NCBI RefSeq assembly: GCF_001673635.1
Contig: NZ_LZMH01000023.1
Span: 88,229 to 120,228 of the forward strand
DNA length: 32,000 bases
Direction of reading: 5' to 3'
From: Mycobacterium asiaticum
Lineage (GTDB): Bacteria > Actinomycetota > Actinomycetes > Mycobacteriales > Mycobacteriaceae
Shown here one piece after another: positions 24,488 through 31,567 of this stretch. Both the position numbers and the translations under genes were made by a program. The notes beneath the pieces were generated by a model that had not been told where the DNA came from, searched no databases, and saw only the letters and a program-made list of their open reading frames with translations. Within the stretch, counting starts at the first letter, position 1. Every line of letters begins with the position of its first letter.

Positions 24488-25692
24488 GTTTCTCCTACGA
24501 CCCGTTCGACGCGCGTGTGATGGCCGACCCGCTGCCGTACTACCGCACGCTGCGCGACGAGCATCCGCTGTATTACATGCCGCAGTGGGACACCTACGCG
24601 TTGTCGCGCTTCGACGACATCTGGCGGGTGCTGGAAGTCAACGACGGCACCTTCGTCGCCTCGGAAGGAACGCTGCCGGCGGCATCTGTTCTGGCCCAGC
24701 ACAATTCCGGGCCGATCCCCGACCCGCCACTGCATCCGCTACCGTTCCATGCGGTGTTCGACGCGGACCTGTACGGCGAGATCCGGCGTGCCCACTCACA
24801 ACCGTTGCGGCCCAAGTGGGTCGCGTCGCTGGAGGGCAGGATCCGTGCGTTGGCCAATGAACGCCTCGACGAGCTGATCCCGCGTGGTTCCTTCGATCTG
24901 ACCCAGGACTACGGCGGCATCGTGGTCGCCTCGATCGTCTGTGAATTACTGGGAATCGCAACGGATCTCGCTCCGCAGGTATTGGCCGCCGTCAATGCCG
25001 GCAGCCTGGCTGAGCCCGGCGAAGGCGTCGATACCGCGGAGGCCCGGCCGAACTACCTGGGCTTCCTGGTCCCAGTGGTCGAGCGGCGTCGCGCGGAGCG
25101 CAACGGCGCGTTGCCCGTCGTCGACGGACTGCTCGCCTACCGGCTGCCCGACGGCAGCGCTCTCGACGACACCGAAGTAGCCACCCAGATGCTGTGCATC
25201 TTCATCGGCGGCACCGAAACCGTGCCCAAGATCGTCGCCCACGGACTGTGGGAACTCAGCCGGCGGCCCGAGCAACTGGCGGTGGTCCGCGCCGACCCGA
25301 ACGCCAACGTGCCGGTCGCCCGCGAAGAGATGATCCGCTATTGCGCACCGGCACAATGGTTTGCCCGCACCGCGCGCAAGCCGTTCACCTTGCACGACCA
25401 CACCATCGCGCCGGGACAACGCATCATCACGCTGCTGGCATCGGCCAACCGAGACGAGCGGGAGTACCCCGACCCCGACCAGTTCATCTGGGACCGCCCC
25501 ATCAAGCGCTCCCTGGCCTTCGGGCGGGGGCAGCACTTCTGCATCGGCTACCATCTGGCCAGACTGGAAGTCGCCGTGCTGGTTCAGGAATGGCTGCGGC
25601 GGGTTCCCGACTTCGGCGTCCGCGAGCGCGACGCCACCCGGTTGCCCTCCAGCTTCCAGTGGGGCTGGAACAACATTCCGGTGGAGGTGTGA
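24484..25692 (+). CDS. Cytochrome P450, 402 aa
   Basis: It has the heme-ligand loop FGRGQHFCIGYHLA (FxxGxHxCxG), the I-helix FIGGTETV, the ExxR motif EEMIRY, and the N-terminal YDPFDARVMADPLPYYRTLRDEHPLYY. GTG 24484 overlaps the upstream stop (GTGA). Confidence 0.92.
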   Translation: MSFSYDPFDARVMADPLPYYRTLRDEHPLYYMPQWDTYALSRFDDIWRVLEVNDGTFVASEGTLPAASVLAQHNSGPIPDPPLHPLPFHAVFDADLYGEIRRAHSQPLRPKWVASLEGRIRALANERLDELIPRGSFDLTQDYGGIVVASIVCELLGIATDLAPQVLAAVNAGSLAEPGEGVDTAEARPNYLGFLVPVVERRRAERNGALPVVDGLLAYRLPDGSALDDTEVATQMLCIFIGGTETVPKIVAHGLWELSRRPEQLAVVRADPNANVPVAREEMIRYCAPAQWFARTARKPFTLHDHTIAPGQRIITLLASANRDEREYPDPDQFIWDRPIKRSLAFGRGQHFCIGYHLARLEVAVLVQEWLRRVPDFGVRERDATRLPSSFQWGWNNIPVEV

Positions 25693-25693
25693 C

Positions 25694-26662
25694 GTGTGGT
25701 CCTACCGGATCATCGCTCCCTACCTCTTCGAGCGGACCACGATTGCGGACAAGACGCCCGAGTGCCTGGTGGATCGCCAAGTGCTGCTACGGTTTCAGGC
25801 CGCTGGTATCTGTGGCAGCGATTTGCCCGCGTTTCGCGGCGCCAAGGGACGGCTGCCGGGTGACGACGGTCGCAGCGCCGCGGAGATGGACGGCTTCCCC
25901 ATTCACGAAGTGGCCGGTGAAGTCATTGCCAGCCGGCATCCCGACCACCGGCCGGGTGACCGCGTGGTGGGCTGGGCGTCGAGCTTCGACGGCCTGATGG
26001 AGCGCGTAATGAGCGACGGTGACGGACTGGCGCGCTACGACAGCGCCCTCACCCCCGCGCAGGCGGTTGGTTTGCAACCGCTGGCCTGTGTGCTGTACGC
26101 ATGCGAACAGTTGCCGGACCTCGCCGGACGCCACGTGGCCATCATCGGCCAAGGCTCCATCGGACTGCTCTTCTCCTACGTGGCCAAGGCCGCCGGCGCC
26201 CGGCGGGTGACCGGGATCGATCCGGTCGACCGCGAAAAGATCTCGTACGCCTACGGTGTCGACGACGCGGTGCGGGCCACCAGCGACAGGTGGGTAAGCC
26301 GGCTCGCCCCCGAGGACCGGCCCGACGTGGTGGTCGAAGCGGTCGGCCATCAGGTGGCAACCCTGGGGCACGCCATCGAAGCCGCCGCACCGGGCGGCAC
26401 CGTGTTCTACTTCGGGGTCGCCGATGACCCGACGTATCCGATCGATATGCGGGCCATGCTGCGCAAGAGCCTGACCCTGAAATCCGGTGTCACGCTGGAC
26501 CGTCGGCGTGTTCTGGAAGCAGCGAGCCGATTCGCGGCCGAACACCCGGGTCTGCTCGAGAATTACCTCACCCACACGTTCCCCGTCGACCAGGTCTCCG
26601 AGGCGTTTGAGCTGGCCTGCCAACCGGACCCCGGGCGAGTCAAGATCGCGGTCACGGTATGA
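25694..26662 (+). CDS. Medium-chain (zinc-type) dehydrogenase/reductase, 322 aa
   Basis: It has catalytic-zinc-type motifs (GICGSDL, IHEVAGEV) and the Rossmann motif IIGQGSIGLL. No four-Cys structural-zinc loop is present. GTG 25694 lies 1 nt after the P450 stop. Confidence 0.8.
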   Translation: MWSYRIIAPYLFERTTIADKTPECLVDRQVLLRFQAAGICGSDLPAFRGAKGRLPGDDGRSAAEMDGFPIHEVAGEVIASRHPDHRPGDRVVGWASSFDGLMERVMSDGDGLARYDSALTPAQAVGLQPLACVLYACEQLPDLAGRHVAIIGQGSIGLLFSYVAKAAGARRVTGIDPVDREKISYAYGVDDAVRATSDRWVSRLAPEDRPDVVVEAVGHQVATLGHAIEAAAPGGTVFYFGVADDPTYPIDMRAMLRKSLTLKSGVTLDRRRVLEAASRFAAEHPGLLENYLTHTFPVDQVSEAFELACQPDPGRVKIAVTV

Positions 26663-27399
26663 GTGTGTTCCGCAACAACTCCAAGTCACCCATCTGGGGC
26701 GGCTGGGTGACCGGGCCAACCCAGCACGGACCGCAGGAATTCGCCCGTGCCGGTTACGATTACGTCGGATTCGACACCCAGCACGGGTATCTCGACGACG
26801 GCGACGTGGCGAACCTGCTGCGCCACCTCGAACACGTTCCGATCGCGACCGCGGTTCGGCTGCCCAACGCCGACCCGGCACCCATCGGGCGCGTGCTGGA
26901 CGCCGGCGCCGACGCTGTCATCATCGCCATGATCGAGTCAGCCGACCAGGCCGCGGCCGCGGTGGCTGCCACCCGCTACCCCCCGGCCGGCGTACGCAGC
27001 TTCGGCCCGCTGCGGGCCGGCCTGGGCCTCGATCCTGGCGCCCTGCAATCCCGGGCGAACGTATTCGCCATGATAGAGACGGCCGCGGCTCTGCAGGATG
27101 TGGAAAACATATGCGCGGTAACGGGTTTGACTGGCATCTACCTCGGACCCGCCGACTTGGCCATCTCGTTGGGTGCGAACGTTTCAGGGGCTACCAAGGA
27201 TGAGCGGGTGCTCGAGGCGATCACCCGAACCCGCGAGGTGGCGGCCGCCGCGGGATTGGTCACCGGTATCCATGCCAGTGACGGCAAGACCGGTAACGCG
27301 ATGGCGGAGCTCGGCTTTGAGATGATCACCCTGGCATCGGAGTCGCAGGCCCTGCGCCGGGGAGCGGCCGAACACCTGCGCGAGGCGACCGGCAAATGA
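26659..27399 (+). CDS. HpcH/HpaI family aldolase (class II, 2-keto-3-deoxy-acid aldolase-like), 246 aa
   Basis: The pattern WGGWVTGP...AGYDYVGFDTQHG...VRLP...DAGADAVIIAMIES...YPPAGVRSFGP...MIET...GIYLGPADL matches the HpcH/HpaI aldolase/citrate-lyase fold. It overlaps the upstream stop in an ATGA. Confidence 0.85.
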   Translation: MSVFRNNSKSPIWGGWVTGPTQHGPQEFARAGYDYVGFDTQHGYLDDGDVANLLRHLEHVPIATAVRLPNADPAPIGRVLDAGADAVIIAMIESADQAAAAVAATRYPPAGVRSFGPLRAGLGLDPGALQSRANVFAMIETAAALQDVENICAVTGLTGIYLGPADLAISLGANVSGATKDERVLEAITRTREVAAAAGLVTGIHASDGKTGNAMAELGFEMITLASESQALRRGAAEHLREATGK

Positions 27400-27797
27400 G
27401 CGATATCGAGGCGATCCGGAGCCTGCTGTCGGAGTACGCGCTGGCCCTCGACGTGGGTGACTTCGACGGGGCCCTGCAACTGTTCGCCGCCGATGGCGAA
27501 TTCCAGGTGTACGGCAAGACGTTCAAAGGCCGCGACGACATCGGCGGTATGTTTCGCGCGGCACCCCATGGCCTGCACCTGACCGGGGCCTCACGCATCG
27601 ACATCGACCACGACACCGCCACGGCGCGATCCCAGGTGCTGTTCGTCAATGTTGTTCACCAAGCCGTCACCCAGCAGCTTCGTCCGGCTCTCTACGATGA
27701 CGACCTGACCCGCCACGACGGCCGATGGCTGTTCGGCCGCCGTCGGTGCCGGTTCGTCACCGGTACCGGACTCAGCGACACACCGGAGGCCACGTAG
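27396..27797 (+). CDS. SnoaL-like / NTF2-fold protein, 133 aa
   Basis: IEAIRSLLSEYALALDVGDFDGALQLFAADGEF is typical of SnoaL_4-type NTF2 proteins. It overlaps the aldolase stop in an ATGA. Confidence 0.75.
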   Translation: MSDIEAIRSLLSEYALALDVGDFDGALQLFAADGEFQVYGKTFKGRDDIGGMFRAAPHGLHLTGASRIDIDHDTATARSQVLFVNVVHQAVTQQLRPALYDDDLTRHDGRWLFGRRRCRFVTGTGLSDTPEAT

Positions 27798-27799
27798 CG

Positions 27800-28519
27800 A
27801 TGACGCGAGTCGCATTGGTCACCGGAGCCGCCGGCGGGCAGGGCTGGGCGATCGTGCAGCGGCTGCGAGACCGCGGCTACTTCGTCGCGGCCGTCGACGT
27901 CCGAGCCGACGAACTGGGCGCAGCGGTGAGGAGAGCAGCGGACGACGCGGTGCTCGGCATCGCGCTGGACGTCACCGATCAGCGGCAGTGGGAGGCCGCC
28001 GTCGCCGCTACCGTCGACCGATTCGGCGGACTGACGACGCTGGTCAACAACGCCGGCCTGCTGCACCGCGCCGCACTCGCCGACGAGACCCCAGCGGACT
28101 TCGAAAACTCCTGGCGGGTGAACTGTTTCGGCGCGTTCCTGGGTATGCAAGCCGCGCTGCCATATCTGCAGGAGGGCGCGGCGATCGTCAACATCTGCAG
28201 CACCGGCGCGGTCCGCCCGTTCCCGCAGCACTGTGCCTATGGCTCGGCGAAGTGGGCGCTGCGGGGCCTGACCCAGACGGCCGCAGCCGAACTCGGCCCA
28301 GCCGGCATCCGCGTGAACGCCGTCCTGCCCGGACCGATCGCCACGCCGATGCTCGACGACGCCGTCCAGCAGCGGCTTGCCGCGGTAGCGATGTTCGGCC
28401 GGCTGGGCCGTCCCGCCGAAGTCGCCGATGCAGTCGCCTTCCTGGTCTCCGAGGAGGCGTCGTTCATCACCGGGGCTGAGTTGGTCGTCGACGGTGGGCA
28501 ATGCCTGCAGATCCGCTGA
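27800..28519 (+). CDS. Short-chain dehydrogenase/reductase, 239 aa
   Basis: It has TGAAGGQG, NNAG, the catalytic S...YGSAKWA, and a PGPIATPM motif. ATG 27800 lies 2 nt after the previous stop. Confidence 0.88.
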   Translation: MTRVALVTGAAGGQGWAIVQRLRDRGYFVAAVDVRADELGAAVRRAADDAVLGIALDVTDQRQWEAAVAATVDRFGGLTTLVNNAGLLHRAALADETPADFENSWRVNCFGAFLGMQAALPYLQEGAAIVNICSTGAVRPFPQHCAYGSAKWALRGLTQTAAAELGPAGIRVNAVLPGPIATPMLDDAVQQRLAAVAMFGRLGRPAEVADAVAFLVSEEASFITGAELVVDGGQCLQIR

Positions 28520-29427
28520 GCGTCAGGCAGGTCGACCGGTTGGACCCGGAGTTGCGCCAAGTCGCGGTGACCCGCACCGTCTTCACCGCCGACGCGATCC
28601 CGCTGATCCGTGAGTCGATGAACCAGCGGCGCGCGCAGGCGCACCATGACGCCGCGGGCGTGCGGGTCGAACATGAGGTTGCCGCCAGTGTGCCGGTGCG
28701 CATCTATCGATGCGGCGGCACACAGGCGCCGGCGGTCGTCTACTGCCACGCGGGCGGGTTTGCGCTGGGCAACCTCGATACCGACCACCGGCAGTGCCTG
28801 GAACTCGCCCGCCGCGGACGCTGCTGCGTGGTGTCCGTCGACTACCGGCTGGCACCCGAGCACCCTTTCCCGGCAGCCCTGGATGACGCCGCCGCGGTGC
28901 TGAACTGGCTGGCGGACAACGCAACCCGACTGGGCATCGACTCAGCAAGGATGGCCGTGGCGGGCAGCAGCGCGGGCGGCGCCCTCGCCGCGGGCCTGGC
29001 GCACCGGGCTGCGGACGGCAAGTCACCGCCGGTGGTATTTCAGCTGCTCCATCAACCCGTACTCGACGATCGCCCCACCGCGTCCAAAACCGAATTCCGG
29101 GCGACTCCCGCGTTCGACGGCGAGGGCGCCGAATTGATGTGGCGCCACTATCTGGCCGGTCAGTCACCGAGTGCACAGTCGGTGCCGGCCCGGCGATCCC
29201 AAATGAACCGCATGGCACCGGCTTTGATCACTTGCGCCGAGATCGACCCGTTTCGCGACGAAGCGGTGGAGTACGGGTGGCGGCTGCTGCGCGCCGGTGT
29301 CTCCGCCGAACTGCACGTCTTTCCCGGCGCCTGTCACGGGTTCGATTCGCTGCTGCCGGAATGGCATGCGTCGCAGCGCCTGTTCGCGCTGCAAGGCGAC
29401 GCCCTGTCGCGGGCGTTCAGAAGGTGA
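28501..29427 (+). CDS. Alpha/beta hydrolase, hormone-sensitive-lipase-type esterase, 308 aa
   Basis: It has the oxyanion motif HAGGF (an HGGG variant), the nucleophile elbow GSSAGG, and the C-terminal DPFRDE and HGF motifs. The start overlaps the SDR 3' end by 19 nt. Confidence 0.82.
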   Translation: MPADPLSVRQVDRLDPELRQVAVTRTVFTADAIPLIRESMNQRRAQAHHDAAGVRVEHEVAASVPVRIYRCGGTQAPAVVYCHAGGFALGNLDTDHRQCLELARRGRCCVVSVDYRLAPEHPFPAALDDAAAVLNWLADNATRLGIDSARMAVAGSSAGGALAAGLAHRAADGKSPPVVFQLLHQPVLDDRPTASKTEFRATPAFDGEGAELMWRHYLAGQSPSAQSVPARRSQMNRMAPALITCAEIDPFRDEAVEYGWRLLRAGVSAELHVFPGACHGFDSLLPEWHASQRLFALQGDALSRAFRR

Positions 29428-30517
29428 TGAGCTGGCGTACGGAGGTGCCGTCGGCCAAGTGGTCCATCGCCTGATTGATGTCCTCGAGCCGGATCGTCGA
29501 CGACACCAGGGATTCCACCGGCAACCGGCCCGAGCGCCACAGCGCGACGAACCGGGGAATATCGCGACTGGGTACCGCCGATCCGAGATAGCTGCCGATC
29601 AGCGACCGGCCTTCGGCGACAAAACCCAACGGTGACAGGTTGATCCGGGCATCCGGACGGGGCAGTCCCACGGTGATCGTGCGCCCACCCGGCGCGGTGA
29701 TCCCGATCGCGGTTTCCAATGCCAACGGGTGCCCGACGGCTTCCACCACTACATCGGCCTTGATGCCTGCCGCCTGTTCCGGAGTGTAGGTTTCGTGCGC
29801 GCCCAAAGCGGCTGCCTTGGCGAGCTTTTCGGGCAACTGGTCCACGCCGATCACTCGTACGCCGTCGTAGGTGAGTGCGGTGAGCACCGCGGCCATGCCC
29901 ACACCGCCCAACCCCACCACCGCCACGGACTGGCCCGGCCGGGGATTGCCCACGTTGAGCACCGCGCCCCCGCCGGTCAGCACCGCACAGCCCAGCAGCG
30001 CCGCGACGCCGGGTGGCACGTCGGACGGCACCGGCACCGCGCTGGCCAGATTGACCACGGCGTGCGTCGCGAAGCCCGACACCCCGAGGTGGTGATACAC
30101 CGGGTGACCCTCCCGGCCCAGCCGGATGCCGCCGCCGAGCAGCGTCCCGGCGTTGTTGGCGGCGCTGCCCGGTATGCACGGCGTCATGCCCTCGGTCGCG
30201 CAGCCCGCGCAGTGGCCGCAGCGCGGCAGGAACACCAGCACCACCCGCTGACCGACGGCCAGGTCCGCCACGCCCTCACCGAGGGCCTCCACGATCCCCG
30301 CAGCTTCGTGGCCCAACAGCATCGGCACCGGCCGGACCCGGTTGCCGTCCACCACCGACAGGTCCGAATGGCAAATGCCGGCGGCCTCGATGCGTACCGC
30401 AACTTCGCCGGGACCGGGCCCGTCCAGGTCGACGTCGACGATGCTGATCGGCCGGGATTCGGCGTACGGGCGGGGGGCTCCGATGCGCTGCAGCACCGCG
30501 CCCCGGATGCCAAACAT
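29417..30517 (-). CDS. adhE1: Zinc-dependent alcohol dehydrogenase (AdhE1 / Rv0162c-like)
   Basis: It has GICHSD, GHEAAG, the structural-zinc loop CGHCAGCATEGMTPC, and the Rossmann motif VVGLGGVG. Its position next to the thioesterase and TB18.5 homologues matches H37Rv. The start is ATG 30517 or TTG 30529. Confidence 0.85.
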   Translation of the reverse strand: MFGIRGAVLQRIGAPRPYAESRPISIVDVDLDGPGPGEVAVRIEAAGICHSDLSVVDGNRVRPVPMLLGHEAAGIVEALGEGVADLAVGQRVVLVFLPRCGHCAGCATEGMTPCIPGSAANNAGTLLGGGIRLGREGHPVYHHLGVSGFATHAVVNLASAVPVPSDVPPGVAALLGCAVLTGGGAVLNVGNPRPGQSVAVVGLGGVGMAAVLTALTYDGVRVIGVDQLPEKLAKAAALGAHETYTPEQAAGIKADVVVEAVGHPLALETAIGITAPGGRTITVGLPRPDARINLSPLGFVAEGRSLIGSYLGSAVPSRDIPRFVALWRSGRLPVESLVSSTIRLEDINQAMDHLADGTSVRQLITF

Positions 30518-30531
30518 GTTGGAATACAACC

Positions 30532-30993
30532 ATGACGTCAGTGCCGGACGCGAACGATCTCACCAGCGCCGACTTTCCGGTGCACTGGCCGGTTCTCACC
30601 CGCTGGGCCGACAACGACATGTTCGGGCACCTGAACAATGCGGTGTACTACCAGCTCTTCGACACCGCGATCAACGGCTGGATCGCCAGCGGCGCGGGCG
30701 TCGACCCGTTGACCATCCCGGAGCTGGGCATCGTCGCGGAATCGGGCTGTCGGTATCTCGTCGAGCTGGCCTTCCCGGAGCGGCTCAGCGTGGGGTTGGC
30801 GGTGACGCGACTGGGGCGCAGCAGCGTCACCTACCGCCTGGCGATCTGGAAGCAAGACCCAGCAACCGGCGAGCCCGGACCGATCGCCGCGCTGGGTCAC
30901 TGGGTGCACGTCTACGTTGACCGGGTCGGCCGCAGGCCGGTGCCGATTCCCGAGGTCATCCGCTCCCTACTGGCCACCGCCTGCCTGAATTAG
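30532..30993 (+). CDS. 4HBT/YbgC-type hotdog acyl-CoA thioesterase (Rv0163-like), 153 aa
   Basis: RWADNDMFGHLNNAVYYQLFD is the classic 4HBT N-terminal motif. The gene sits in the syntenic position. Confidence 0.8.
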   Translation: MTSVPDANDLTSADFPVHWPVLTRWADNDMFGHLNNAVYYQLFDTAINGWIASGAGVDPLTIPELGIVAESGCRYLVELAFPERLSVGLAVTRLGRSSVTYRLAIWKQDPATGEPGPIAALGHWVHVYVDRVGRRPVPIPEVIRSLLATACLN

Positions 30994-31022
30994 CCATCGT
31001 TTGCCGCACGTATGCTTCGCCA

Positions 31023-31460
31023 ATGCCAGTTATGAGCAAGACGGTCGAGGTCAATGCCGACGCCGGCGCGATCATGGGCATCGTCTCCGACATCGAGCGG
31101 TACCCGGAATGGAACGAAGGCGTCAAGGGCGCCTGGGTGTTGGCCCGCTACGACGACGGCCGCGCCAGCCAGGTCCGGCTGGACACCAATCTCAACGGCT
31201 TCGAAGGCGTCTACATCCACGCCGTTTATTACCCGGGCGAAAACCAGATCCAGACCGTGATGCAGCAGGGCGATCTATTCGCCAAGCAGGAGCAGCTGTT
31301 CAGTGTGGTGGCCACCGGCGCCAGCAGCCTGCTGACGGTCGACATCGACGTGGAACCCAGCATGCCGGTGCCCGCCCCGATGGCGAAGATGCTGCTGAAC
31401 CAGGTGCTGGACCAGCTGGCCGCCAACGTCAAGCAGCGGGCCGAGCAACTGGCTAGCTGA
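31023..31460 (+). CDS. SRPBCC / polyketide-cyclase-like protein TB18.5 (Rv0164-like), 145 aa
   Basis: The protein is near-identical in long stretches to my recollection of Rv0164 (SKTVEV.AD...IERYPEWNEGVKGAWVLARYDDGR.SQVRLDT, YIHAVYYPGENQIQTVMQQG.LFAKQEQLFSVVATGA.SLLTVD). ATG 31032 is an alternative start. Confidence 0.88.
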   Translation: MPVMSKTVEVNADAGAIMGIVSDIERYPEWNEGVKGAWVLARYDDGRASQVRLDTNLNGFEGVYIHAVYYPGENQIQTVMQQGDLFAKQEQLFSVVATGASSLLTVDIDVEPSMPVPAPMAKMLLNQVLDQLAANVKQRAEQLAS

Positions 31461-31463
31461 ACT

Positions 31464-31567
31464 AGTGGCGATCGCAAGGGCGGCGTAGCCGGGCGCCGCG
31501 GGTCGCCACTATGAAAGTGGGGATCGCAAGGGCGGTGTAGCCGGGCGCTGCGGGTCGCCACTATGAA
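31464..31567. repeat. Tandem direct repeat, 2 x 52 bp (MIRU/VNTR-like structured intergenic repeat)
   Basis: Unit 1 (31464-31515) and unit 2 (31516-31567) are identical at 49 of 52 positions. Each unit has an outer 10-bp stem (agtggcgatc / ggtcgccact) and an inner 6-bp stem (gcggcg / cgccgc). The repeat fills the whole gap between convergent genes. Confidence 0.85.

Noticed and set aside
26487-26498. GTGTCACGCTGG inside the MDR dehydrogenase gene matches the right-hand half of the regulatory motif (copies B and C).
   Set aside because: There is no TTTACAAAT block 11 nt upstream. The match lies in coding sequence (it encodes SGVTLD) and is GC-rich enough to be a chance partial match.
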